Source: a plasmid
Direction: 5' to 3' (one strand)
Sequence record: CP089609.1
DNA: 64,000 nt
Each line of letters starts with the position of its first letter. Position 1 is the stretch's first letter. The notes under the pieces are model-generated. The model had not been told where the DNA came from. It saw nothing but the letters and a program-made list of their open reading frames with translations, and did not search any database. This document shows, piece by piece, positions 39,591 through 49,083 of this stretch. Position numbers and translations under genes: made by a program.

Positions 39591-40025
39591 CTAAAGTCCG
39601 AGGCTTGCGCCCAAGAACCCGGTCAACGGCCGAAGGCACCGTCTCCCAGGCCAAGGCACGTAGGCCCGCTTCGATCTTCTCCATGAAGGCGGCAGCGCGA
39701 ACAGGTTAGAGACGAACTGGACTTCGTCTCCGGTTATCTGGTGGTCCGGGTAATACTGCTCGACCAGCTCCCAGAATGCCGTGGGTGAGATGACGTCACC
39801 GGCCGCGGCGGCAAGCGCTATCACCACCTCTGGGGTCTCGGACCGTTTCTTGCTGTCCAAGACGATCGCGACGAGATGTTGCTGGAGCCGCCGGCGAACC
39901 TGGGCGAACTGCACCTCGTGTTTCGCGGTGTCGGTGGCGACGGCAAGTCTTTCGCCTAGGCGACGCACTGCGGCTGCCGTTTCACTGGCGGTCATAAAGA
40001 GTGGGCCTCTTTCATCTCTGGACAC
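39591..40025 (-). CDS. hypothetical protein whose 3' end runs into the IS605 terminus
   Basis: 144-aa ORF overlapping the IS end hairpin. Confidence 0.4.
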   Translation of the reverse strand: MSRDERGPLFMTASETAAAVRRLGERLAVATDTAKHEVQFAQVRRRLQQHLVAIVLDSKKRSETPEVVIALAAAAGDVISPTAFWELVEQYYPDHQITGDEVQFVSNLFALPPSWRRSKRAYVPWPGRRCLRPLTGFLGASLGL

Positions 40026-40507
40026 GTGGTGTAGGTGATGTGCAGTCGGCCACCAACCAATGTGCGGAGTCGGATCGCGGTTGCGCGGTAGAACGTGGCC
40101 GGCAGTGGCCGGTCGAGGCCTGGGACAGAGTTTGCTGGTGATGCAGTGGCGTGATCATCGGTGACATTGGCGTCTACGCGCGGCACCTCGACCACGGGCC
40201 AGTCTTCCGGCGGCAGGGACTCGAGCAGCTCGTCGAAGGCCGCCACTGTGTTGGCCAGCCGGCGGCCAGCGGTATCGATCGCGACGACTGGGCTTTGATC
40301 GTCGAGCCAGTCCTTGAGTGCAGTGGCGACGTCGGCATCCATCTGCGCGTCGAGCCGCGTCAGTAGTTCGACAATGTCGGCGCGCAAGGGGATCGCTCCG
40401 TCTTCCCAGCGTCGGACGGTGCGTTGGTCGACGTGAACGGCGTCTGCGAGCCATTGTGCGGAGAGGCCGAGTGACTCGCGGATTGTCTTGAATTCGGCTG
40501 GGGTCAT
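39992..40507 (-). CDS. HTH-domain protein
   Basis: MTPAEFKTIRESLGLSAQWLADAVHVDQRTVRRWEDG. Confidence 0.55.
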   Translation of the reverse strand: MTPAEFKTIRESLGLSAQWLADAVHVDQRTVRRWEDGAIPLRADIVELLTRLDAQMDADVATALKDWLDDQSPVVAIDTAGRRLANTVAAFDELLESLPPEDWPVVEVPRVDANVTDDHATASPANSVPGLDRPLPATFYRATAIRLRTLVGGRLHITYTTCPEMKEAHSL

Positions 40508-40744
40508 TGGAGGGTTGGGATTCGCCTCTGGTGGTGCACAGCGTCTTTGACGGTCAGCATTGGCTGACGGCCCCCTTCCGGTCGACGACGATCTTTACGC
40601 TACGCCCTAAGTTAGGGCATGACCAAGGGCGAATCGCCTTCCGCCTTGTTTGTTCACCGCGTAGCGTGAGCCGTGGCTGCCGGACCGGTCACTCCCCCTC
40701 AGGACTGGCCCGGCAGCCATTTTCTTTCTGGAATACCTCGGCAT

Positions 40745-40764
40745 ATACACCCGTTCCGGTGTAT
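40745..40764. promoter_or_regulatory. palindromic operator candidate
   Basis: ATACACCcgttccGGTGTAT upstream of the 40858 gene string. Confidence 0.5.
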
Positions 40765-40857
40765 GGTGAGAGTCGAGTATGGACTGGGCCGCAGCCAGGA
40801 AGTTTCAGGGATGAGTGGTGCACGAGCAGCGAGGACAGGCGCCGAGGGGACTGATCG

Positions 40858-41121
40858 ATGAGTGCAGCTTCGCTTGACGACCGGATCGTGCACACGGTGA
40901 TCGTGTACGCCGATGTCGGTGGCCTGGAGCACTCCGTGGTGATCGCGGACGAAGTCGACGGGCAGTTGCGTACCGGTCCAGAATTCGACGTGGACGGGGG
41001 CTGTGATCTGGTGGTGCCCGCCAATGCCGGAGCGTTCGGGAATGAGCTGCTAGTGTCGCTCAATTTTTCCGATCTGGCGGCATTTGTCCACGCCGTCGAA
41101 GCTCGCGAACAGTCTTCATAA
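40858..41121 (+). CDS. hypothetical protein
   Basis: 87-aa ORF; palindromic operator about 100 bp upstream. Confidence 0.4.
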   Translation: MSAASLDDRIVHTVIVYADVGGLEHSVVIADEVDGQLRTGPEFDVDGGCDLVVPANAGAFGNELLVSLNFSDLAAFVHAVEAREQSS

Positions 41122-41159
41122 CAGTCCCAATGTTCATCTACCAGTGAGGAATACAGAGT

Positions 41160-41591
41160 ATGTCGCAGCACGACGATGGCGCCGATGACTCGGTCGTAGG
41201 AAATGCGCTGATGGAGGCGATCTTCCAGGAGTGGTACAGCGAGCATGGCGAGTTCGATGATTTGGAACTCACCAGCGCTGAGGAGTTGCGTGACTACATC
41301 AGCCGCGCGGTGCGGCGCTCTGGCGGTGCGGAGTTGATTGCGATCGAGCGTGCACGACAGGTTGTCGAGGAGGGCTACACGCTCGAACACGATCGTGAAC
41401 TTGGCGTTGGCCAGATCGCGCGAGCGGCGGAGGCCTACCTCACCAGGTTTCCTGAGCGGCATCCATGGCCGGCCGAGACGCTGAAGCTCTCCGGTGACAT
41501 CCTCCGAAATCTGGTCAAGGCTGGAGCACTGATCGCGGCCGCGATCGACGTGGAGCTGGCTCACAAAGCCGATCAGACTCGCACCACTTGA
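41160..41591 (+). CDS. hypothetical protein
   Basis: GTGAGGAATAC RBS. Confidence 0.5.
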   Translation: MSQHDDGADDSVVGNALMEAIFQEWYSEHGEFDDLELTSAEELRDYISRAVRRSGGAELIAIERARQVVEEGYTLEHDRELGVGQIARAAEAYLTRFPERHPWPAETLKLSGDILRNLVKAGALIAAAIDVELAHKADQTRTT

Positions 41592-41678
41592 GAGCCACGG
41601 TGAGCGACACCGAGCAGCCAGCCGGAATTGTCTGTAGGCAACTGAAGTGTCGACACAAACCCAGAGGAGAAATGAAAA

Positions 41679-41990
41679 ATGAGTGATAGCACCACCGAAT
41701 CATTGGTCACCGTGCCAGCCGCCGCGGTGGCAGCACTCGACCAGCTAGAGCAGACGTGGCCCGGTGCGACCCAGCCGCAAGCGCGTGCGGTCATTGCCGC
41801 CGCAGTGATGACCGCCCTGGGGCTACGAACCGAGTACGCGATAGTCGACCACCATCAGGCCGGGAACGTTGCCGAGGCTGGGTTCGAGGACGCCGACGAA
41901 ACCGTTGAGGCGATGGCAGGCTACCCGATGGCCGCGTGGATGGCCGGCAGCCGACTGGTATCCGACTGGCGGAACCTCGAATCGACCTGA
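41679..41990 (+). CDS. hypothetical protein
   Basis: CAGAGGAGAAATG RBS. Confidence 0.5.
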   Translation: MSDSTTESLVTVPAAAVAALDQLEQTWPGATQPQARAVIAAAVMTALGLRTEYAIVDHHQAGNVAEAGFEDADETVEAMAGYPMAAWMAGSRLVSDWRNLEST

Positions 41991-42121
41991 CGAAGGACAA
42001 GCCATGACGGTTCAGCACATGGGTTCCACCACCGGAACCGCATAGCGACGACCCGACATAGGGAATTTCTTTCCGGCGCAAGGCCGCAACGCGACACTAT
42101 CGGCGTCTAGACAGGAGCAAG

Positions 42122-42367
42122 ATGAATCAACTGGCCGCGTTCCGTGACACCATCAGGCTGGCGAGGTTCCATGACATGCCAGAGCGCCCCGGCAATCCGC
42201 TTGGCCTAGCCCATTTGCGCTCGATGCTTGAGCGTGCGGAGTCGGGCGAGTTCTCGGATACGAAGATTGGTCGATGGCTCGGCTGGGCGCAATGCGCTGT
42301 GGTCGCCGCCGATATTGGCGTCGTGCTGGACGACATGAAGTACATCAACAAAGCCCACGCGGACTGA
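42122..42367 (+). CDS. hypothetical protein
   Basis: GACAGGAGCAAG RBS. Confidence 0.5.
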   Translation: MNQLAAFRDTIRLARFHDMPERPGNPLGLAHLRSMLERAESGEFSDTKIGRWLGWAQCAVVAADIGVVLDDMKYINKAHAD

Positions 42368-42425
42368 AATAAGGAATTGCATTCCGATGCAAGGCCGCAA
42401 CGCGAGATCATCGGCGAGGAGAAAT

Positions 42426-42806
42426 ATGAACGAACTGTGGTGGTTTCTCATCGGGCTAACTGTCCTGCCCGCACTATTCGGTATCGGCGCTGGCTGGTCC
42501 TACCTGTATGGGCGGTTCGGTGAATGGTACACGCGGCCCGTCAATTTGGCGGGTAAGACGCTTGCCTATCGCCGATCACTTATTACTGGCACGGTCATCG
42601 GGCTACTGGATGCAACCCATGTTCGCGCCTGGAAGCTGCCACTTAACCGCGTGCTCATCATCAGGTCGAAAGCGCCGAGGGAATACGACTTCATCGGCAA
42701 GGAGTGGGTGGTAGTCGGTGACGACTTCAGCGTCACTAGGACTGTCATCGGTAAGGCGTTGGATGAACTCGGCTACCCCGAGGTAGAGCCGTCCGAGTCG
42801 GCATAA
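42426..42806 (+). CDS. membrane protein
   Basis: ATG with GAGGAGAAAT RBS; TM LWWFLIGLTVLPALFGIGAGW. Confidence 0.5.
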   Translation: MNELWWFLIGLTVLPALFGIGAGWSYLYGRFGEWYTRPVNLAGKTLAYRRSLITGTVIGLLDATHVRAWKLPLNRVLIIRSKAPREYDFIGKEWVVVGDDFSVTRTVIGKALDELGYPEVEPSESA

Positions 42807-42822
42807 GGGGGAAGAATCGGAC

Positions 42823-43035
42823 ATGAGTAGCGAGCATGCTGTACCAGTTCTATCGGTTCATTACATGGTGCAGCGCATCCGAGTCAATCGGCCGGTATAC
42901 GCGCTCTGCGCTGGGTGTGAGTGGACGGGATCATTTGATACTCCGGGAGATGCCCGCAAAAGGCACGCGGACCACATCCTAGACGTCCTCAGCGCCAACG
43001 GTCTCGCTGTAGTGGAGAGATGCCAGAAGGAGTAG
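42823..43035 (+). CDS. hypothetical protein
   Basis: 70-aa ORF with GGGGGAAGAAT RBS. Confidence 0.45.
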   Translation: MSSEHAVPVLSVHYMVQRIRVNRPVYALCAGCEWTGSFDTPGDARKRHADHILDVLSANGLAVVERCQKE

Positions 43036-43037
43036 TG

Positions 43038-43226
43038 ATGCAGAGTCCTGCGTACCTCGACAACCGCACGTGCAAGGCGTGCGGCCGGTTCGACATCTTC
43101 TGCGAGTGCAAAGGCGCCAAAACCTTGGCCCGGTTACTGCCAGGCGTGCGGTGCGGAACTGAACCCGCCAAACGCCACGGCATGCCGCAGCTGCTACTCC
43201 AGCGACACCGACGAGACCTGACATAG
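43038..43226 (+). CDS. small Cys-rich protein
   Basis: GAAGGAGTAGTG RBS; CKACGRFDIFCEC. Confidence 0.4.
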   Translation: MQSPAYLDNRTCKACGRFDIFCECKGAKTLARLLPGVRCGTEPAKRHGMPQLLLQRHRRDLT

Positions 43227-43237
43227 GGACAATGGGA

Positions 43238-43414
43238 ATGAACTTCACAGCAGGTCAACGGATTCGCGTCCAGTTCCCGTTGCGGCCCGACCTCCATGTG
43301 GATCTCATCCGTCATCAGGACGGCTGGCGTCGCATCGACGGCGACGGTCCGCGGGTTCCCTACAAGGACCATGAAGTGTCCCGGTGCACCTGGGCGCCCA
43401 TCTCCGGAGGCTAA
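43238..43414 (+). CDS. small hypothetical protein
   Basis: short ORF in an operon-like string. Confidence 0.3.
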   Translation: MNFTAGQRIRVQFPLRPDLHVDLIRHQDGWRRIDGDGPRVPYKDHEVSRCTWAPISGG

Positions 43415-43466
43415 GGAACACGTGCATGGAGTTGGATGAACTGTTCGACAGCGAGGGCGGTTTGGG

Positions 43467-44000
43467 GTGACGATCGACGCTGAGCGTTTCCTTCGTGATT
43501 TCTGCGAAATTATTGGCACACCAGCCGTTTCGGTGACGGTGGTGTGCTCCCCCACACCCTATGACGGGAATTTCCCGGTGGACCGGCTCACCGGGGAATC
43601 TCCTTTGGAGACGCACATCCGTGTCGAATTGGCCCATGGTGAACCGGTAGAGAGCTATGGGATCGATCTTGCCGAGGCCCTCACAGAGATGATGGCCGGT
43701 TTGGAGCTGCGGCGTCGTCCGCCGGAACCTGTGACCGCGGAGCGCCACACCGTGGCCGGTGTCGACGTCAGCGAAGCCGATTACCTGGCGGCCTACCCGG
43801 CATCGCACCGAGACACCGTCACGGACAGCGGGGCGTTCAGTCCGTACACCCATTCCGCGCGCGGCTGTGTTGGCGAGTACACCGCGCACTTGCTGGTCAA
43901 TGAGGGCACGACGGTTCCGCCGCTGTTGTATCTGTATGGGGCCGAAGGTCAGGAGGAGTATCACCTCTTCCCGCTGGTGCAGATGGCACCACCGCATTAG
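43467..44000 (+). CDS. hypothetical protein (177 aa)
   Basis: immediately upstream of the SIR2 gene. Confidence 0.5.
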   Translation: MTIDAERFLRDFCEIIGTPAVSVTVVCSPTPYDGNFPVDRLTGESPLETHIRVELAHGEPVESYGIDLAEALTEMMAGLELRRRPPEPVTAERHTVAGVDVSEADYLAAYPASHRDTVTDSGAFSPYTHSARGCVGEYTAHLLVNEGTTVPPLLYLYGAEGQEEYHLFPLVQMAPPH

Positions 44001-44072
44001 CGTCCGGTATCTGGTTTTGAGTACGAAGGGGGTTCATCATGGCTGGTTCTGGTTTCGGACACGGCAGGCAAC

Positions 44073-44252
44073 ATGGGAAAGCTGCTGGATCCCCGCGACG
44101 TGGTGAGCATGCTGGAGACACCAGGAGATGTCTTTGGGGCGATCGAGGAGATGTTCGGCATGATTTGGTTTCTGGCCGGACAGATCAATCCCGATGATCC
44201 GGCGAGCGTAGTGGAGCTGGCGGATAACAACTTCCGGCGGGGATCGAGCTGA
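44073..44252 (+). CDS. small hypothetical protein (59 aa)
   Basis: high-GC3 frame; not in the track because it is under 60 aa. Confidence 0.3.
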   Translation: MGKLLDPRDVVSMLETPGDVFGAIEEMFGMIWFLAGQINPDDPASVVELADNNFRRGSS

Positions 44253-44351
44253 GCCCGGGCGTCATGGACGACGTAGAACCTGACCCTGACGACGAATTCG
44301 ACGACTGATAGACCGGCGAAGCGATGCGGGCAGACGGGTAAGGGGGCGACG

Positions 44352-45041
44352 GTGAGAGTGGTGGTGTTGACCGGGGCCGGGATCAGCGCGGAGTCCGGGT
44401 TGTCCACGTTCCGCGGTCCGGAGGGTTTGTGGGAGGGGCACCGGGTCGTTGATGTCGCTACGCCGGAGGGCTTCGCGGCTGACCCGATGCTTGTTCAGCG
44501 GTTCTACAACGGTCTGCGGCGTCGACTGGGTGAGGTCGAGCCCAACGATGCGCATCGTGCGTTGGCTCGGCTTGAGCGGGCCCTCGGCCCGGGAATGATG
44601 CATCTGGTCACCCAGAACATCGACAATCTGCACCAGCGCGCCGGCAGTACTGCGGTCACGGCGATGCATGGCGAGTTGACGAAAATCCGTCATGTTCGAA
44701 CAGGTGAAGTGCTGCCGTGGGCCCACGATGTTGTCGAGACGGAGACGTCGTGGCGGCCGCATGTGGTGTGGTTTGGTGAGCGCACGATCGGTCTCGATGC
44801 GGCGATGGAGATGCTTTCTGCGGCAGATGTGTTCGTTGCGATCGGTACGTCGGGGACGGTGTATCCGGCCAATCAGTTCGCGATGGTTGCGAAGGCTTCC
44901 GGAGCGGCCACGGTCGAGATCAACCTTGAGCCCAGTGGTGTGGCGTTCGACCGCAGCTTGATCGGACCGGCCACCGAACAGGTTCCCCAGTTCGTCGATC
45001 TCCTCATTTCCCTGCTCGACAGCAGCGTGGACTCGTTGTGA
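44352..45041 (+). CDS. SIR2/sirtuin-family NAD-dependent protein lacking the zinc-ribbon cysteines
   Basis: GAGISAESGLSTFRG, TQNIDNLHQRAG, catalytic HG (AMHGEL), GTSGTVYPA; no Cys in the expected Zn module. Confidence 0.8.
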   Translation: MRVVVLTGAGISAESGLSTFRGPEGLWEGHRVVDVATPEGFAADPMLVQRFYNGLRRRLGEVEPNDAHRALARLERALGPGMMHLVTQNIDNLHQRAGSTAVTAMHGELTKIRHVRTGEVLPWAHDVVETETSWRPHVVWFGERTIGLDAAMEMLSAADVFVAIGTSGTVYPANQFAMVAKASGAATVEINLEPSGVAFDRSLIGPATEQVPQFVDLLISLLDSSVDSL

Positions 45042-45235
45042 TGTTCCCAGGCGATGCTTCAAGCCCGACGCTATATACTGGCCGGCAGAGCTGATCGCAC
45101 GGCTGACCCGAGTCGCACTGGCGCCTGTACCGCCAGCGGCATTCGAGGGCAGAGGTCCACCGGATCTGCGAAGTCTTCCCGTCACTACGTGACGGTGGGT
45201 ACAGGGCATCGTCAACGAATGTGAACGGATTCGTC

Positions 45236-46009
45236 ATGACCAAGAACTACGCCCGCAAGCGAGCAGCCCGCGCCTTGCAGCAGGCCGATCCCGAGCTCAC
45301 TCGCCCCGAAGCCACTCGCCTGGTTAAGAAGACCCAGGGTGCTACTGCCAACTCCTGGCGCCGCGGACAGATCCCCTGGATGCGTGCCGGCGCACGCAGG
45401 CAGGCTGGCTGCTACTTCTGTGGCCGGGCGACGGCGATTGTGTCGCTCGTCGATGAGGCGGCAGATACCGGCCGTATCTCGATGTACTGCGATAACAGCG
45501 ATTGCGCGGCGAGAGATTTCGAGGTGATCGTCGTCGACGACGGAACCGCTGCAACTCGCGGGCGCACAGATGTGCGCATCATGGCGCACTTCAACTCGAC
45601 CGCAGAAGGCCCAGCGCCGAGTTCCCGGTCTGACCAGGACTGGTCGGCGGGAATGCCGCCGCACGCCCGCACCTCAGGCACCGCCGCGTTGTGCCTGTTC
45701 TGCGGGCAGCAGTCCAACTGCCTGTCGGACAGTGATATCGCTGGCGATCATGGTCGTATCCGACTGCGCTGCACGAATTCCGGATGTGCCGTCTCCAGTG
45801 CCGAAGTGCTGCTCATCCGCGATGCGACACGCGAAACATCAACTCGGGGCGACGTCACTGCGCTCAGGAGTCTCGAGCCGGTGTATTTCGGGCGCCCAAA
45901 GCGTGGGCCAGGCGAATTGGATATCTTCACCGTTCAGGAACTCGAAGAGCATGCCAGCCAGTTCGACGTGCTGCGGCTGCGAACTTCGGCGCCAGTTCCT
46001 TGGGAGTGA
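45236..46009 (+). CDS. protein with two internal zinc-ribbon-like repeats
   Basis: CYFCG...RISMYCDNSDCAARDFEV and CLFCG...RIRLRCTNSGCAVSSAEV. Confidence 0.5.
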   Translation: MTKNYARKRAARALQQADPELTRPEATRLVKKTQGATANSWRRGQIPWMRAGARRQAGCYFCGRATAIVSLVDEAADTGRISMYCDNSDCAARDFEVIVVDDGTAATRGRTDVRIMAHFNSTAEGPAPSSRSDQDWSAGMPPHARTSGTAALCLFCGQQSNCLSDSDIAGDHGRIRLRCTNSGCAVSSAEVLLIRDATRETSTRGDVTALRSLEPVYFGRPKRGPGELDIFTVQELEEHASQFDVLRLRTSAPVPWE

Positions 46010-46298
46010 AGAGTGTGCGCGTGGTGTAGGGCAACCTCGCCGCGGCGTGTTGGCTTCCGATGCCGAGCCAGAGGTTTCACGCCGAAGTGGGTATCGCACT
46101 GCAGATCCGGATGGACGCACAGCAGTTCAGCACCAGCCGGCACCGGAATCTGGTTGCCGGCCGTTGGGCGGAGAATCTGGCGAATCAACGCCCGGGCCCC
46201 GGCAAGTCACCCATCGACCGGTCCAGGAATGCGGGCAGCTGGATGGATCACACGCTAGGCTGCGGAAAAGTAGTCACCGACTTGGAGGATTCTGGCGC

Positions 46299-46748
46299 GT
46301 GGGCAAAATAGTGACGGTCGAGTATGTCGACGATTTCGACGGCATTTCGGTTGATGCCGATACTGTTGACACAGTTGACTTTTCGTATCGCGGTCAAGAC
46401 TACTCGCTAGTTTTGACCACCGAGAACGGTGCCCAATTCGACAAGGATATGGCTCGATACATCACTGCCGCTAAGAAAGCTGCCGCCCGCGATGCCCGCG
46501 CGGCGCGCAAGCCGGCGCGGCCGGCTCCACGAAAGTCGGCCAAGGTAAAGGACGCGGTCAAAGCCAAGGGCGCGGCTAAGGTGGCGGCGCCACGACGGGC
46601 GGCGGGATCTCGGAAAGCGGCAACGGCGGCGTCGGGTCGTGAGCGAAGCCGGGCGATCCGTGAATGGGCTGCGGCCAATGGCCATAAGGTTTCTCAGCGT
46701 GGGCGGCTTCCCGCAGAAGTCGAGTCCGCCTACGATGCGGCGCACTGA
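46299..46748 (+). CDS. lsr2: Lsr2 nucleoid-associated protein (H-NS-like xenogeneic silencer)
   Basis: GKIVTVEYVDDFDG N-terminal dimerisation domain; C-terminal RAIREWAAANGHKVSQRGRLPAEVESAY AT-hook-like DNA-binding domain. Confidence 0.8.
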   Translation: MGKIVTVEYVDDFDGISVDADTVDTVDFSYRGQDYSLVLTTENGAQFDKDMARYITAAKKAAARDARAARKPARPAPRKSAKVKDAVKAKGAAKVAAPRRAAGSRKAATAASGRERSRAIREWAAANGHKVSQRGRLPAEVESAYDAAH

Positions 46749-46872
46749 CCAGCGCGGCTCGACGTTTGACGGGAACGCGATCACGCTGTTTTCGCTGGGC
46801 TGAGCGGATTGCAACATTCGGTGTAGAAATTTTACCGCCGATGTTGCATTCGGCCTTTATCGGCTGGAATGT

Positions 46873-46900
46873 TGGGGCCCCGGCCCACGAAGGGCCGGGG
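46873..46900 (+). terminator. GC-rich hairpin between convergent genes (candidate bidirectional terminator)
   Basis: GCCCCGGCCCacgaaGGGCCGGGGC; no U-tract. Confidence 0.25.
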
Positions 46901-47096
46901 CGGCAGGTGCCTTGTCTGGTCAGTCGGACCAGGGTGAGCGCCTACCAAGGAGCGTAGCGCGACTGACCGACAGATCGTTAGAGCCGGGTCGTGGGGGTGG
47001 CTGATACGATTGCCGCAATCGTTCGGCCCGCACCATGAACACTGTTCGTGGGAGCGGGCCGGATCTCTTTGGCGGACGCGCGCAGCGGTCACGCTC

Positions 47097-47327
47097 TCAG
47101 GCAGGTTTTGTGGTCGCTGCCTGTTCCTTGACGATCGACCAGAAGTCTGGGTCGGCGCTGGTGACGACTTCTCCTGATTCGCATCGCCAGGTGTCCAGAG
47201 GTGCTGCGCTGATCAGGGCGTCGGTGATCGCCCAGCATGTCTTGTCATCGTAGGTTGATCCGATCCGGGCAGCGACGTATCCGAAGCGGATGTCCATTCG
47301 GGTGAGATTGGTTTCTCTGATTCTCAT
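47097..47327 (-). CDS. hypothetical protein
   Basis: 76-aa ORF. Confidence 0.35.
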   Translation of the reverse strand: MRIRETNLTRMDIRFGYVAARIGSTYDDKTCWAITDALISAAPLDTWRCESGEVVTSADPDFWSIVKEQAATTKPA

Positions 47328-47386
47328 GTGAGTCTCTCTGTTGTGTGCCACTCTGCGCGGTCGGCGCGCAGAGCGTGCTCGAAGAG

Positions 47387-48256
47387 TCACTGGGTTGTGC
47401 GCCAGTAGTCCGGCAGCATTTGCATGGCGGCTTGGACGTCGGGATTGTCGAGTTGTTGAAGGATCTCGGTGTTGCTCGGCACGTTGGAGAATGACACGTC
47501 GTCGAGTTTTTGAATTCGGTTGCGGTACCAGCTGACCCAGTCAAAATCGTCGCCACCAGCTGCGAGACCAGCCAGGTATAGGGCCTCGATTTCGTCGCGT
47601 TCGCGGGCGTGGAAAGCGTCGGTGCTCGACCTCAGTGAAGTGTTCCGTGTGAGCGGGGTGGCCTCGTCGTCGGCGAGCTCGACGCTGCCGGTCATGTCGT
47701 CGCGGTCGCGGCGGGCGTCGAGGCGAAGGATCTCGAAGCTGTCGTGCACTTCGATGGCTGTCTGGTGCCAGGATTGGAGTGCGCGTCGCCAGTCGCCGTC
47801 TGCGACGAACGGTTCCCACGCGGCCGGCGGCATTGTGCGCAGTTCGTTGATGATCATTTCGTCGGCTTCGCGGATCTGCGGGTCTTCGGGTGGGCGTTCA
47901 TTGCGGTAGAACCAGTTGTCCACGCTCAGCGTTTCGCGCCATTGGGGTTTGAGGGTTCCGAGTCGGGCTGCCCGTAGCAGCGGTGTCCAGATCGAGTGCC
48001 GGCGGGTGGCGTAGTGGCTGGCCGGGAAGTCGTCGGGGACGGTGCCGGTGCGTTGTGCCCGCACATCGCGGGGAAGCTGCACCGCGTAGGTGTCTTCGTT
48101 GCCGTTCGAATCGGAGTGCGCCAGGTCGAACGCGCAGAGTTGTCCGACGCATTCCTCGATCTGCTCGCCGTCGATGGTCAGCATCTCGGCCCAGCTGTCG
48201 GGGGCCGGCAGTCGCCACCTGGACCACCGGTTGTCGCCCATCTCTTCAGTCGCCAT
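47387..48256 (-). CDS. hypothetical protein
   Basis: about 290-aa ORF. Confidence 0.45.
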   Translation of the reverse strand: MATEEMGDNRWSRWRLPAPDSWAEMLTIDGEQIEECVGQLCAFDLAHSDSNGNEDTYAVQLPRDVRAQRTGTVPDDFPASHYATRRHSIWTPLLRAARLGTLKPQWRETLSVDNWFYRNERPPEDPQIREADEMIINELRTMPPAAWEPFVADGDWRRALQSWHQTAIEVHDSFEILRLDARRDRDDMTGSVELADDEATPLTRNTSLRSSTDAFHARERDEIEALYLAGLAAGGDDFDWVSWYRNRIQKLDDVSFSNVPSNTEILQQLDNPDVQAAMQMLPDYWRTTQ

Positions 48257-48645
48257 TGTCTTTTCGACGCTCAACGCCATCCAGTGGATCCAAAGCATGG
48301 GTGGGTCCGTCGAGTTCAGTTTCGACGAGTTGAGGCAGAAGTTTGGTGAGCGTGGCCCACTCGCCGCCTTCGAGAAGGACGCTGCCGGCGCCCAGGTAGG
48401 TGCCCGCCCGCTGGTCGGGCAGGACCACGATGTCTCCGGCCTGTGCGGTCATGGCGGTGATGGGGGTCAGGGTGGGTGCCGCTGTCATTTTGGCGGAAGA
48501 ACTGTGCACCGCCGGGGACTGGCACTTTCTGACCGGTCTTCACCTTGAGGCCCGCTCGGCTTGCTGCTGTAACTGTCGCGGCGACGACGCCGATTTTGCC
48601 GCGGCCGTCGCCTGTTGGGCCCTCGATTGAGATGTGTTCGGCCAT
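48246..48645 (-). CDS. hypothetical protein, possibly frameshifted (two adjacent frames both look coding)
   Basis: MAEHISIEGPTGDGRGKIGVVAATV... then MTAAPTLTPITAMTAQAGDIVVLPD... in the next frame. Confidence 0.3.
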
Positions 48646-48688
48646 GGCGTGTTCTCCTTTTCTGTTGTGCTAGTTATTGCTTCGGTTT

Positions 48689-49078
48689 CTATGCCGTTCG
48701 ATGAGGGCTGGCCGTTTGGGATCCGGGGATGCCGCAAATTGGGCAGCCTGGGTGGGTGGGTTTGAGTCCCGCTGCGGCGGTCCACCACTCCCAGCAGCTG
48801 GCCGGGATCAGGATGCTGTCATCGAGGATGGTGCCGTTGCTGTCGATCAGGGAGAGAACGGCGAACGGGAATACGGCGACTTTCTCTGGGGTGCTCATCG
48901 TGTGCCACTCGGGTAGATCGAAGATGGCGCCGCGGCGCTGCGCTGCCGATAGCAGCGCCTCGACAGCCGCGGGCCCTGTGGCTTCCATGTGCGCCCGGAA
49001 AGCGACTCCCTTGGCGTGCATGCACATCTGGAATGCTTCGACCGTTTCTATGGTGTCGGGCAGCTTGGTCATCTCCAT
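48689..49078 (-). CDS. hypothetical protein
   Basis: 129-aa ORF. Confidence 0.45.
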   Translation of the reverse strand: MEMTKLPDTIETVEAFQMCMHAKGVAFRAHMEATGPAAVEALLSAAQRRGAIFDLPEWHTMSTPEKVAVFPFAVLSLIDSNGTILDDSILIPASCWEWWTAAAGLKPTHPGCPICGIPGSQTASPHRTA

Positions 49079-49083
49079 GACTG

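Larger units (their letters stand above)
37855..39610. mobile_element. IS200/IS605-family element with divergent tnpA (Y1) and tnpB and terminal hairpins
   Basis: imperfect palindromes CCCCGGACTgaAGTCCGGGG (37861-37880) and CCGGACTaaAGTCCG (about 39590) flank the gene pair. Confidence 0.6.

Noticed and set aside
40689-41564. 291-aa ORF on the minus strand
   Set aside because: It is antisense to two plus-strand genes that have RBSs and clean starts. Its composition is high-GC antisense artefact with no motif.
44352-45041. Calling the SIR2 gene a Thoeris/DSR/pAgo-type defence system outright
   Set aside because: No TIR, SLOG, HerA or Argonaute partner is present. I kept it only as a candidate, under findings.
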